Of a stretch of DNA of 64,000 nucleotides, positions 48,670-61,649 are shown in pieces. The first letter of the stretch is position 1. Each line of letters begins with the position of its first letter. The notes beneath the pieces are model-generated. The model made no database searches, was not told where the DNA came from, and saw nothing but the letters and a program-made list of their open reading frames with translations. The translations under genes and the position numbers were made by a program. This stretch comes from Chiloscyllium plagiosum (taxonomy: Eukaryota), in the NCBI RefSeq assembly GCF_004010195.1, contig NC_057717.1, forward strand, positions 101,843,060 through 101,907,059. Reading direction: 5' to 3'.

Positions 48670-50064
48670 GTTGGTCTCTGCAGTGTTATAATTCCATCAA
48701 ATGTTTAGGTTCAAATTCCACTTCAGAGAAAATGGTTGCTCTGAGTATCAGCATTGGCATGGTTACCTTCTATCTAACCAGAGAATGCAGCTGGACTCCC
48801 AACTAGTGACACTGACACCTGCCAGATTAGGGAGATAGCTTTTCTTAACCAACTGTTCATTGTGTCTGAGAATCTACTGCTCTGTCCTGTTGTAATGTAT
48901 AAAAAAGTTCTTGGGGTTCTGGATTTTGTGACTGAGTAAGTCAAATCAATGTTTCCATGAGGTCCTTGGTCAAATTTGATGGTTGTCTGCAGATTATAGA
49001 TGGGTGCTGTAATTGGAAGGGGCTGCCTGGGAATGGTGGCACTGACCAGATATTTAAAGTTACCATTTGAGGAAAATATGGTGGTGGGTGAGGATGGGGG
49101 AGCAGGGTTGTTCTGATGTGTCAGAGAAAAGCAGGAGAGGGGAGTCACAGAGACACTGTGTGGAATCACTAGTCTCGTTTTACTGCCTCCAGACTTGGAA
49201 ATGTTTTTGGTTGGTACGTCTCCTAGTCTGGCAGCGGAGCTGGGAATTGTCTCTGTGGATGAGTAGCTCCAAGCTGAAGGAAGTGAGCGGATCAGATTCA
49301 TTTGCACAGGCATAGCTGTTACTAGGTCCTCTAGTTATAAAAATGTACGGCACTGGAGGAGGCCTTTTGACCCACAAAGTGACAATAATTGAGTTGAGTA
49401 TGTATGCATTCATCTGGTTTGTGAAAGTGCTCCCTTGCTCTCTCCTTTACAATCTCATCCTCTCTCAGGATGTGGAGAGCTGGAGCCAGAGCAGAACAAG
49501 AAAGCTTTGAAGGGAGCAGCAGTGGAGCCTAATTAGCATTCTAGTAGGGAGTACAGATTGAAATTGTCAGTGCAGTTTTTTTTTATTAATACCAGGTTGA
49601 GCTTTATTGGTGTGGTGTAGGCGTAATGCATAACTCCTTTTAATTAATGAACCTGGGGGATCCTGAGCTGTAGAAACAAACTCCCCTCTTTCTTAACGTC
49701 AGACTTTTTTGAAATCTATGAAGTTTACTATAGTTCAATAAAATACTGTATGTCTTGAAATGCAATTGCTTCATAAGGCATAAGGCAAGATCCCAAAGGC
49801 AGCGCTGAGGTAAACAGTAGATCATCAGTTTTCTTGTTGATGCATATTGAATGTTAGTCTCTAAAGCTGGTGAAGTGGGTGACCTTTCTGTTCGAAGGGC
49901 TTGGCTAGGTTCAAGTTGGGTGTGTGGCAGTTGTCCATAGTGCAGGCACCCATTTGCTCCCTGATTATGTGCTTCAGTAACAAAGTTATGATGGTGGTTC
50001 TGTCAGTTTCTCTGCTTGGCTAAGTGTTTTGCAGTATCTTATATCAAATTTGTTTCTTCTGCAG

Positions 50065-50130
50065 AGCAAAGCTGAAAAGAACGAGGAAGTTTTTGAATTG
50101 CTCTATACAAATGCAAGCTACACCTTCAAT
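50065..50130 (+). CDS. GPR108: GPR108 exon 7
   Basis: ttctgcag|SKAEKNEEVFELLYTNASYTFN|gtaaga; resembles GPR108 LNNSYNFS. Confidence 0.85.
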
Positions 50131-50213
50131 GTAAGAATCTTTTCTTCACAAAATCTAATTGCTTCCTGTGATATGTATCGATCTTAGTACCATTTTGTAA
50201 TTCTTCCACACAG

Positions 50214-50324
50214 TTCTTTGTGAAGGTTCTAAGCCCAGCAGAGGAAGGTCTTTATACACTCAGCTTCCACAACTGTCATAAGATCCCTTCAGAGAAAAAA
50301 CATGCTGTTGCATTTGACATGACA
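50214..50324 (+). CDS. GPR108: GPR108 exon 8
   Basis: cacacag|FFVKVLSPAEEGLYTLSFHNCHKIPSEKKHAVAFDMT|gtaagt; conserved EEGxYxLxFHNC. Confidence 0.93.
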
Positions 50325-51338
50325 GTAAGTATGTTTGTTGAAGGACACTGGGAGGGGGAAACAGGAGATTGATTTCTCCTCAATTGCCTTTAAGTTTCTA
50401 GCTTTCCAACAAACTAATGAAGGTAGATAGAATTAAAATACGGATCAGTTCTGGTCAGGTTGAATGCAGGAGCAAGCTCAAGGGGGATTGAACAGCTGCC
50501 ATCTGTACCTATGATCCCACCATCGCTTCCTGTGTTCCATAAAACCTTTTGCTCAATTCCTAGTTAGTGTCTTTGCAGTTCATGCAAATTGGAATGTGCA
50601 TGTTAAATAAAACACGCTTAATTGGCTTCTCACTGCGACGGGTGCCAACATCGGGTAATCTTAGTTTTCCGAAGGTTGACTCTTAATTGTTGGTGCCAGC
50701 TACGCAAGGTTGTGTGGATAAGTGGGTAGTGCCCTTGAGCTTGAACCTTTTGGAGCTCAAGTCCCAGCCCAACCATGGTGGCCAAGGATGGGCCACATAT
50801 AACGTGCCGAACATGTTGAGTATCAATCTGCAAATTCCTCCAACTCACCAACAGCAGGTGTTAAGACCAGAGAGATTCCTGGTTATCCACGTTCTGGGGG
50901 CGGGGGTGGGGGGTGAGATAAAGGAACATTTTTAGATCTCTCCATACCCCAGGCTACATAATACATGTCAAATACAACAACTCTGACTCCCTGGGTGATC
51001 TGTAATGAAACTACACTCTAACTCTGAATGACCTATATAATCTTGTTTGAACATAACTTGTTATTTGTAGTTGTAACAGAAATACATCGGAGGTATTGGG
51101 GCTGAAAAACTAGTGAGTTGAGATGAGATGAAGTACTGTTGTGAGGATAGTGTGTCAAAGTCCAGTTGGCATGCTAATCAAAGTAACTTCCTGAAAAGCT
51201 CAAACCTACTATATTGGGTACACACTGGGCAGCACATAAGTGGAGCTCAGATAGTTCTTATTATTTGCTATTGTCATTCCTTTTTTTTTTCTTAACGTCT
51301 ACAGTCTGTACTTTAGCACTTCAGACTTTCCTTCACAG

Positions 51339-51472
51339 ATTGACATAACGGCGAGAAATCCGAGGACCTACCTTTCGGCTGGCGAGTTCCCCCTGCCTCT
51401 GCTGTATCTAGTGATGTCTGGTTTTTTCTTTGTGGCAGCCTTATTCTGGGTTTCCCTGCTCCTAAAACACAG
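51339..51472 (+). CDS. GPR108: GPR108 exon 9 (TM1)
   Basis: ttcacag|IDITARNPRTYLSAGEFPLPLLYLVMSGFFFVAALFWVSLLLKH+AG|gtaatg. Confidence 0.95.
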
Positions 51473-51949
51473 GTAATGCTCCTTCACTGTCCACTCTTCA
51501 AGCTATTTTTTCATTATGAAGTATGTGAGTGACTCGATACTTTGTAGAGTACCAGTGAGCTGTTTAACAACTGTTCTATGTTGATGAGGGTGAGCTGGGT
51601 AATCTATCTTATGGTGACAAACAATTTTAGTTTTATTCCTTTCAAAGATTTGACCTTTAAGCTGCCTAAGCTGTGAACCAACAAAAACGTAGGATTAGGG
51701 AAATTTGAGTTACCCTTAATCTAGCCAGTGTCTGCTGTTTTAGTCCTCTCAAACACTTTGTATATTTTAGAATAATTAATTTGCATGTTTTAATAATCGC
51801 ATTCTAGCTTCTTTCTGTCTTTACCAATTACATTTGAAATATTTTCCGTTTATCCTGTTGTCACTGCACTAACCAAAACTGAAAGGAAGGGGTGGTGTGA
51901 ATAGTTTGGAACGGGTGGCGTTGAGCTGTTAGGTGTGGTCTGCTGTTAG

Positions 51950-52325
51950 AATCCAAGAATCCCTATAGTGTGAAAGCAGGCCATTCAGCCCATAGATTCT
52001 ATACCATTCCTCCACAAAGCATCTCACAACCCCCCCCCCCCCCCCCCCCAAAAAAAGAACTCTCTCCCTGTAACCATACATACATTTCCCGTGGCTAATC
52101 CACCTAGCCAGCATATCCCTGAGCACGAGAGGGCAATTTAGCATGGCCAATCCACCTCACCTGCCTATCTTTGGACGATGGGAAGGAACCAGAACCCTGG
52201 AGAAAACCCGTATAGACACAGGGAGAACGTAAAACTCCACACAGACGGTTGCCCGAGGCCGGAATTGAATCCGGGTCCCTGGTGTTCTGAGGCAGCAATG
52301 CTAACCACTGAGCCACCATGTCGTC
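51950..52325 (-). mobile_element. HE1-type SINE
   Basis: Full reverse-complement copy: tail gaatccctatagtgtgaaa, gggcaatttagcatggccaatcc, head aaccactgagccaccatg. A second, older copy at ~52562-52866. Confidence 0.85.
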
Positions 52326-52352
52326 CCCAGATTTGTATGATTGCAGAAAGAG

Positions 52353-52546
52353 TTGAAAAATGTGGTGCTGGAAAAACGCAGCAGGCCAGGTAGCATCAGA
52401 GGAGCAGGAGAATCGACGTTTCGGGCATAAGCCCTTCTTCAGAAACATTGATTTTCCTGCTCCTCGGATGCTGCCTGGCCTGCTGTGTTTTCCAGCACCA
52501 CATTTTTCAACTCTGGTCTCCAGCATCTGCAGTCCTCACTTTCACC
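52353..52546. mobile_element. Palindromic Penelope-type element (family B) with ~15-bp TSD
   Basis: Flanked by tgattgcagaaagag at 52338-52352 and 52547-52561; intact minus-strand core CTGAAGA-A-GGGC(TTAT)GCCC-GAAAC-GTC. Confidence 0.75.
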
Positions 52547-53193
52547 TGATTGCAGAAAGAGGCCACTTGGCCCAATGAATTGTCCCTCTGAAGGGCATCC
52601 TGTCCAGATTCAGCTTATTCCCATCACCTTATATTTAGCATTGGCTCATCCACCTAGCTTGCATGTTCTTGTTTATAATGGGGCAATTTGGCATGGGCAA
52701 ACTACCTAACCTGGACCTCTTTGGGCTGTGCAAGGAAACCGAAGCACCCTGAGAAAAACCCATGCAGATACTGGAAGAATGTGCAAACCCTGCACAGTCA
52801 CCCAAGACTGCAGTTGAACCTGGGTACCTGGCACTGAGGCAGCAGTGCTAGCCACTGTGCTGCCCCAATGAAGAAAGTTCACTCATCAAGATCAATCCTC
52901 AGTGTTTCAGTGTAATGAGATGCAGATTAATGAGGATGGGAATGGATTTTATTTATTACTGCACTCCAAATAAGAAAGGAAAACTGAAACTGCACACACT
53001 TATCAAAAGTAAGTTTTCTGAAGATTGTAGCAGACACTAAACAGGCTGGTGTAAGGAAATGAGGGCGGTATTCCGCTCTGCTAGACAATAAGAAAGTGTT
53101 TCTTTGTGCCAATGCTATCTGACCTCCATTTCCGTGTTTATTTGATTTTGTTATCAGTTCCTACCACACCCTAATCGTACTTGTTTCTCCCAG

Positions 53194-53269
53194 GAGCAGT
53201 GTGTTTAAAATCCATTGGTTGATGGCTGCATTGGCATTCACCAAATCCATCTCCATACTGTTCCACGCT
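53194..53269 (+). CDS. GPR108: GPR108 exon 10 (TM2)
   Basis: ctcccag|G SSVFKIHWLMAALAFTKSISILFHA|gtaagt; AALAFTKSIS is GPR108-type (GPR107 has AALPFTKSLS). Confidence 0.96.
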
Positions 53270-53879
53270 GTAAGTATTATTCAACCACTGCAACTAGTGG
53301 CAAATCTTCAAAATCAGCAACTTGCTTTCAGTTCCCACTTTAAAGACAAAGCTGGTCTTTAAAGTTTCCTACTGCTCCCAGTCCCACCTTTTTTTTAAAA
53401 AAAGGATGCAATAAGAGCAGAATAAAAATAACTGTGTTCCAAAATAATGCACTAGACTACTCTGGGCAGTATCCAGCCTTTTCAAAAATTCTTTCATGGT
53501 TGGAAAACCCAGTATTTATTGTCCATTGCTGATTACCCTTTAAATGAGTAACCTGCTCAGCTATGAGGGCAGTAGGTCAGACCAGGAAACCTTGGCAGAT
53601 TTCCTCCCTAAAAGGTATTAGTGAACCAGATGTCTTTTATTTTGACATAATTTCAGGGTCACTGTTACTGAAACTAGCTTCTTACATTCTGGATTTATTA
53701 ACCGAATTTAACTTCTGGCTGCTTTGGTGGGATTTGAACCATGTCTTCAGGCCAATAAAACAAAGAACTGTGGACACTGGAAATCCAAAAAAAATGAGAA
53801 ATTGCTGGAGAAACGCAGCAGCATCTGTGGAGAGACAAAACAGAATTCATGTTTCGGGCTTTCTCTCCACAGATGGCCA

Positions 53880-54482
53880 TTGAGAATGGAGTTGGGAGGT
53901 CATGATGCAGCTGCACAGGCCACTGATTAGGCAACTTTTGGAAAACAGCATTCAGTTCTGATCTCCTTGCTGCGGGGAAGATGTTGTGAAACTTGAAAGG
54001 GTGCAGAAAAGATGTACAAGGATGTTACTGAGCTTGGAGGGTTTGATCTACAGGGAGAGGCTGAATAGGCTGATGATATTTCCCTAGAGTGTCAGGCTGA
54101 GGGGTGACCTTACAGAGGTTTATAAAATCGTGATGGACACAGATAGGATGAATAGACAAAGTCTCTTCCCTACGATGAGGGAGCCCAAATCTAGGAGGCA
54201 TAGGTTTAAGGTAAGAGGGGGAAGATTTAAAAGAAACCTAAGGGGCAACTTTTCCACGCAGAGGGTGGTGTGTGTATGGAATGAGCTGTCAGAGGAAGTG
54301 GTGGAGGCTGGCACAATTACCACATTTAGAAGGCATCTGGATGGGTATATGAATAGGAAGGGTTTAGAGGGATATGGGTGAAATGATGGCATTTGGGACT
54401 AGATTAGATTAGGATATCTGGTCGGCGTGGACTATTTGGACTGAGGGGTCTGTTTACATGCTGTACAGCTCATTGACTCTAG
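53880..54482 (+). mobile_element. CR1 LINE 3' fragment
   Basis: ORF 54130 ..RRHRFKVRGGRFKRNLRGNFSTQRVVCVWNELSEEVVEAGTITTFRRHLDGY. Confidence 0.88.
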
Positions 54483-54668
54483 ATGCTGCCAGACATAGGT
54501 TTCTCAGCAAATTCTGTCTTTGTCCCCAGAGCAACTTCCTTGGACTGAGTTACTGATCCAGTGACATTATCATTATGCCATGATGTACACTGGCTGTAAC
54601 TGTTTGAATTAATGTTTGTCTAATGTTCCAGTTCTATTTCCAATTCTTATTCATTTATTCTTTTCCAG

Positions 54669-54742
54669 ATAAACTACTATTTCATTGCTGTTAAAGGATC
54701 AGCGATTGAAGGTTGGGCTGTCATGTACTACATTACTCATCT
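54669..54742 (+). CDS. GPR108: GPR108 exon 11
   Basis: tttccag|INYYFIAVKGSAIEGWAVMYYITH+CT|gtaagt; INYYFI and VMYY are GPR108-type. Confidence 0.96.
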
Positions 54743-55316
54743 GTAAGTACTTGGATGTTTAAAGGAGAGGGTGTGGTTTGAACTGCAGAGGACTTCTGGG
54801 CTCCCACTCCAAGCTTCAGCTGACCATTGAACACTAACTCCTTTTGGTCTCTGTTCCTACCATAGTCTTGGTGTTTGTTGTGGCTCTTTGAGTTGCATTC
54901 TCCTCTGAGTCAGCAAGTCACAAGTGTAGGTCCTAAGGGAGTGCCACACTGTTGGAAGTGCAGTCTTTTTAAAGAGATATTAAACCAAAGCCCTGTCCGC
55001 ACAGGTGGGTAGACTTCAAAAATCCCAAGGCACTGTTTGGTGAAGGGCAGAGGAATTGTTGCCTTTACCAGTATTTACCATCTAAAGTATATGACCGAAA
55101 TGCATTACCTGATCGTTGCTGTGCGAGCTCACTTGTGTGCAGAAATTCTGCAGTGTTCCTTAACATTGCAACAGGGTAGAGAGTGGCTTGAGAGCTCACG
55201 AGATTGTGGAAGATGTAATGTACAAATGGAAATATTTTCTTTGAATCAAGTTTAAAAGCCATGTGCAAAATATTTTTGGCAAGGATGCTTCTTTTCAAGT
55301 GATGGTAACAATTTGA

Positions 55317-55502
<186 letters not shown>

Positions 55503-56339
55503 TAATGTGTAAGGATTTGAGAACTGCAGGGAGTTTTGCAGTACTAAGTAGATGATTTTAAAAGTAATTATGTCAGCAAATATTTTGATGCTTTAGTTTT
55601 TACAGTTCACAAAGAAACTGGCTTCCAGTTACATTGTGACTTTTCTGTTCCAACACTTCTTTTCTTCCCCTTATTTCCATTCTCCTGATTCCACAGTCAC
55701 TGGGCTATCTTGGAAGTTGTCAATTTGGCCTTTTGCTTAAGTTCCAACAAAGTATCAGTAGGACATCTCCCTGTGCGGAGGAGGGTGAAGTCATCCAAGA
55801 TGATACCAATCTTGTCCAGTCATCTTTTTTCAGAGGGGCTCATGGGTTAGACAGCAGCTGCAAGAGTTTAGGGTGCCTTATTTTTCCCCACCGCACAGTA
55901 CTTCTGCTTCTCATCTCTTAACCTGCCAAGAAGTCAGAAAAATTTCCTCAGCGTCTTTAAACCATTACTCTTCCTGAATCTAGTAATTCATTACATGGAA
56001 TTGAGCTGAGGCATTGCTGCTCTGTAACACTGTGTCCCATTATCTCAAGGTGCACTTCACCTTTTTAATGTCAACTATTAAACTTGATAGTGGTTTGAAC
56101 AAATTACGCAAGTTACGTATCACTAAAGCCATTTCAGGAGAACAATCCACTGGTGTCCAGGACTAAAAATGTTGCAAAGCCCCTTGATCCCTCTCTTGTT
56201 CCAAGTATAGTTGTAAAATACTTTAATTAATCAATTTAATATGTTTATGTAAAACACGAAGACCCACAGCAGAGGCCTAGGACTATGGAAATCAAGGAGC
56301 AGCCAACAGTGTTAAAATATAATTATTTGGACGTTTCAG

Positions 56340-57510
56340 TTCTTTGACAAGATGACTCGGAGTAGGTGAGGGTAGTGCTGTGGATGTTGTATATTTGGAC
56401 TTGCAGAAAGCATTTGATACAGTACCATGTACCAGGTTGGTGAGCAAATTGGAAATGTTTAGGATTGGTCCTAGGCAGCGTGGGTTAGGAAACACAGGGT
56501 AGGTATAGATGGGAAATTCTCAAACTGGAGACTACTTGAAAATGGTGTTCCCCTGGGACTGTTGTTAGAACCCTTGCCTTTTCTCATGTATACAAGTGAT
56601 TTGGAGATAGGAGTTGAGGGCAAGATTTCTAAATTTGCAGATGATACTGAGGGTGATGCTGAGCAAATTCAGAGGGGCATCGACAAGTTGGCCAAACAAG
56701 CAGACACCTGGCAAATGAAATTCCAAGCTGTGAAATGTGAGGCAATGCATCTTGGTAGAAGAAACATGGAGAGCCAAAACAGACTCAATGGTACAACTTT
56801 GAGGGGAGTACAGAGCAAAGGGAACTTGGGTTTCACATATGATTTTCTGAAGATGGCCAGGCAAGTTGAAACAATTAAGAAGGCTTGTTGGATCCTTGGG
56901 TTCAAAAATAGAGGCATAGAATACAAAAGCAAGGAAGTCATGCTACACCTCTACAGATCATTGGTCAGACTACATTTGGTGCATTGTGTTCAGTTCTGGG
57001 CACTTATTTAAGGAAAGGATATTAAAGTCCTGGAGAATTCAAAGGAGATTTACTAGAATGATACCAGGAGTGAGGGATTTTAGATATAATACAAGACTAT
57101 AGAGAGATTGGGCTTGTTCTCCTTGGAGCAGAGAAGATTAAGAGGTGACCTTACTGATGTGCTCAAAATTATGAACAATTTTGACAGGGTAGGGCAGCAT
57201 ATTCTATCCCCATTGGTTGGTGTGTCAGTAAATAGGGTGTGTCACTATTTCAAGATTATCAGTAAGAGAACTAGGAGTGGGATGAGGAGAAACTTCTTTA
57301 CTCAGTTGTTAGGATTTGGAATGAGCAGCCTGGGAGGTGGTGAAGATGGATTCCATAAGAGGGCTTAAAAGAGAGCTGGATATATATTTGAAAGGGATGA
57401 AGTTAGAGGGCCACAGAGATAGGGATGGAGAGTGCAACTAGCTGGGTGGCTCTTTTGGGAGCTGGTACAGACACTATGGGTTGATTGGCCTCCTTCTGTA
57501 CTGTAAAGTT
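56340..57510 (+). mobile_element. Decayed CR1 LINE (RT C-terminal half)
   Basis: VDVVYLDLQKAFD-like segment; ORF 56562 ..ISKFADDT..WQMKF..KCEAMHLGR..LYRSLVRLHLVHCVQFW. Confidence 0.9.
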
Positions 57511-57909
57511 ATAATTTTGACGCTGTGCAGTATATGACACGCTGGCCTGTTGACTATGCAGCAACAACATTGTCTGCTAGTGCTCATCAGTTGGACAGTT
57601 TGTACTTTGGAGGCAGTGGTGCGTGGGAAGACAAGATTGTGGACATGACCAATTTGTGGGCAGTCCTTCATAATCAGATACTCTCCCCTCCTTATACAGT
57701 TCAAATCTAAAGTTAGACTCATAACAAGCATGGCTAATATTCATGGTGGGATGTTAGATCATTGAAAATCCAGAGTTGAGAGGAATGTATTAAAATAGAC
57801 AGGTAGGATGAGGGTTGCTCTACTTTCAGAGTGGTTAGCAATTTTCCTCAAATGACATGTTTGCCAGTTTTGAGAAGTTTTTGACATGTTTCAGAAAGTG
57901 TACTCTTTT

Positions 57910-58432
57910 TGAGGCCTCTTCTGGAGTACTGCCTCTAGTCTGGTCACTGCTTTAGAGGAAGGATATTATTGAGCTGGAAAGGATTCAGCAAAGGTTTTTC
58001 AGGATGTTACCAGAATGGAGGGTCTGAGTTAAAGGAGAGGTTGAATCGGCTGGGATGTTTTTCACTGGAGTATCAGAGGTTGAGGGGTGACATTAGAGGT
58101 TTATAAAATAATGAGTATAGGTTGGCAGGTGTCTTTCCCTCGGATGGGGGATTTCAAGACTAGGGGGCAGATTTTTAAGATGAGGAGGAAGATTTTAAAA
58201 AGACATGAGGGACAAGTTTTTTAGTGGGTGGTGTGTAGAATGAACTTCCAGAGCAACTGGTGGATATGGGGCTACAGTTCCAACATTTCAAAGACATTTA
58301 AGTAAGTACATGAATAAGTGTTCGGGGAGGATATGGGCCAAGCACGGGCAGGTGGGACTAGTTTAGTTTGGGATTCTGCTCGGCATGAAGTGGTTGAACT
58401 AAAGGGTTGTTTCCATGCTGTGTGAATCTGAC
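57910..58432 (+). mobile_element. CR1 LINE 3' fragment
   Basis: gaggcctcttctggagtactg...aggttgaggggtgac...ttccatgctgtgtgaatctgact. Confidence 0.8.
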
Positions 58433-59249
58433 TACCAGTCCTGATTATCTCCAGGGAGTGGTGTTGAACCCAGAGTTGCTTAACCTTTCAGGTGAACTTT
58501 GAGAACCCTATGATATGACCACACCAAAGAAATTGGATGTATTTTTGTGTCCTGAACAATATTGTGACAGGTGTCCTCTGGTTCAGAATGATTGTCTAGC
58601 TTGCCTCCATAGTAACCATACGTGACAGCAATATATTGCCAAAATCAAACATTTTCACGTTGGTTTCCCCACTGCCTCGTCAATGGCAGACCAGACTTGA
58701 GGTAAATGTAAAAGTGGGTTGAAAGCATTTGATTAACAAAAAAGAAGCGAACAAATTGCTGGAGAAACTTGGCACATCAGGCAGAAGGATCGTTGAACTC
58801 AAGCATTAACTCAATTTGTCTGCAGATGCTACCAGACCTACAGAGTTTCTCCAGCAATTTCTGTTTTTCGTTGTTGTACATCACCAGCATCCACAAATTG
58901 TTTGTTTTATTTTAGAGATTTTAAAAATTACATAAGGCCTGCAGGAAATGGAATTTTTCTTGGACAGTATAATATGTTAGAATCCTGGCTTTGCAGACTA
59001 CATATGGCAGAGCACCATATTTGCTGATGATGGCAAAGGAAGTTGGGCAATTGAAGAAAAATTGCAATTATCTGGGAAGGATTTAATTCCTGAGTAACTG
59101 GGCCAGCAGATAGCGGGGGCAGCTCAATTCAGCAGTGCTTGGACTGCGTTTCTACAGTAATAGGATGAAGTAACAGGAAAGCCGACTGACTGTGTAAAGC
59201 CTATTTCAGACAAAGTGCTGTGCAACTATCAATTCTCTTTTTTTGTTAA

Positions 59250-59438
<189 letters not shown>

Positions 59439-59665
59439 TAAGTATTCTTTGCAAAGCTATGAAATGCATGTACGAAAAATGTCTTCTCCCTTGTGTTTCT
59501 ATTTTCATGTATTGCCATCCTTTGCTCTTTGCATGTTGAAGTGTTTCCTACTTTCAGTTCTGAAAGATCTGTCTTCACCTTATCGGTTATGTCATTTTAC
59601 TGCTAGACTCCCCAACCAGCAAAAATAATTTCGCTCAATCTTTCCTATCAGATCCTTTTTAATAT

Positions 59666-59889
59666 TGCAATAACTCTAGAGGCTGGTATCCTGTTACTGA
59701 GTCACCCTTTCTTTACAGTCCTTGACACTGATCCAGCTCAGTCAGAGGTAGCTCTCAAAACAGGAGTGTCAGGCGTCCTGTTTGCTATCTGTCAACCTGG
59801 GCTCCCTGATTGGGCCAGATTTAACAGCTCCAATCAGAGAACTCCTATTCTGTGACATTCACCTTGCTGACCTTGTTTTAATTACTGCG
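59666..59889 (-). mobile_element. Solo LTR of the same Gypsy family as 16576-17310
   Basis: Shares taactc..gaggctggtatc..gtcaccctt..cttgacactga..tatctgtca..ggctccctgattggg..caatc..gaactc with the 3' LTR; flanked by 5-bp TSD AATAT (59661-59665, 59890-59894). Confidence 0.8.
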
Positions 59890-61002
59890 AATATCTTAAA
59901 CTTTGACAAGAATTCCTTAGCCTTCTCTTTTCTAGCCACTAGACGCACCTGCCAATTAAAATTCCCACTCATTATTTGTAATATAAAAGCACTTCAGGAA
60001 ATGTTATCACCCAGACTGGGTGAAGTCCTGGTCTGGATGAAACATTACAAAACAGATCATTTGTGCAGCTGAAGTTGACTTTCATTTTCCCATCATGCTT
60101 ACACTACACTTGTGGACTCAGAGCTTCAAGTTTATAAGCTTTGAACTTAACCAAAATTAGGTGCAATTAAATATCAGTGAAGGTTTGTCTCTTGCAAGAG
60201 ACCGAGGTACAACTTCCTGGATGTCCTCAAGATTGAGAAGTTTGTTTGTTGGTAGATGTTGGAGAAGCTGTATTCGTTTGTGGGGAGAGTGCAAAACTAG
60301 CAGCTGCAAGGTAAATTCATAAAGAAGGTCAGGGAAACTTCTTTACAGAGAGTTGTGAGAATATGACTTGGTGAAGAGTGAATAGGTTTCCCCTTAGATT
60401 CTAAGTCGAAACCAAAGTACATTCTGATGACCAGGAGCAGGCTCTGGTGGAAGTTAAACAGTGACATGGATGTCTTGGTGCTGGCTGGTCTGAATCAACT
60501 TTTTCTTCTGTGGTATGAGAAGGGTAGTCAGGGTTGAATGTTATCTTGTCCCCTTGCTCCACTTGGTGGTAGAACATGGATAATGCAACACTGCAGTTCT
60601 CTGATACATTTTCATTGGTTTCTTCAGAAACTTCATTTTGTTATTTTCTCTGTCTGCTCTCCAATTCAGACCGGGCATCTGGGAAGTGTTCAAGGAGTTG
60701 CTCAGTGTACTTTGTGATGGGCCCATAAGTAAGGTTGTGTGGATCTGATGCATGCGCACAGCGTACTGTAGTTTACTTCAGTTCTGAAGAAAGGTCACTG
60801 GACCTTAAATGTTGTTTGTGCTTTCTCTCCACAGTTGCTGCCAGACCTACTGAGTTTCTCCAACAATTTTTGTTTTTGTTTCACATCTCCAGCATCCACA
60901 ATTTTTTTTTGTTTTTGACTGATTCAGATTGTTGACTTATTTTAAAATGATAGGAGGGAACATCATTAATTCAATTTGATTTCGATTTTTTGTATTTTTC
61001 AG

Positions 61003-61046
61003 GTCAATTAGGCACTTGCAGGAGGCTTCAAGCACAGATGGTAAGG
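61003..61046 (+). CDS. GPR108: GPR108 exon 14
   Basis: tttttcag|G SIRHLQEASSTDGK G|gtaagt; 44 nt. Confidence 0.95.
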
Positions 61047-61649
61047 GTAAGTTTGATAGCCTAACAGCTACGTGGAAGGCGACAGTAAGTTATTATTGAT
61101 CAGTTCAATTTGTTTTTAAAGCTCAATCGGAGTATACTCCATGAACTGTCAGATGCTGCAGTATTGTTAGCAACTTGCAGTTTGTCTGTAGGAGTAGGCC
61201 ATTGTGCCCCTTGTGCCTGCTGTGTGGGGTGTTCATTACAATCCTGGCTGATCTTCTACATCAATTTTGGTCAATTGCTGCATCCCCATGTCTCTGGTGT
61301 GTTTGACATGAATGTATGCAACAGCTGAACATCCACATCTCTCTGGACTCAGACCTAAGATCATAATTCTCCAAAGAGAAAAATGTCACCAGTCTTAAGC
61401 GGCTGACGCTTTGTCCAAAGGCTCTGACCCCCAAGTACTAGACTCTCCATCCAAGGGTAAATACCTCTTGCTATCTACTTCTACTCTCAATCTCCTTCAT
61501 GATAGTGACATTTTTGGTCCAATTATTTCTAACCCTAGCCAGAGGGCAGGGAAAATATCAGCCTGTGTTCTTGCTCTTGATTGAGATTTCTTAGCATGTT
61601 CCAAACAAACTCATCTCTAAACTCCAGAAGCTGAGACTCTTCTTTTCCC

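Noticed and set aside
49469-49540. Exon-like purine-rich stretch after a good acceptor (ctctcag|GATGTG) in GPR108 intron 6
   Set aside because: Stops in the frames tested, no convincing donor, and exons 6 and 7 already join in frame.
53337-53365. 11-bp hairpin actttaaagac-N7-gtctttaaagt
   Set aside because: Short, AT-rich and isolated; no miRNA or snoRNA hallmarks.
60780-60900. Further degenerate hammerhead-like remnants (ctgaagaaaggtcactggacct; also ~13318 and ~37190)
   Set aside because: Core GAAA/UH positions are decayed; probably old Penelope-type relics that cannot be called as ribozymes.
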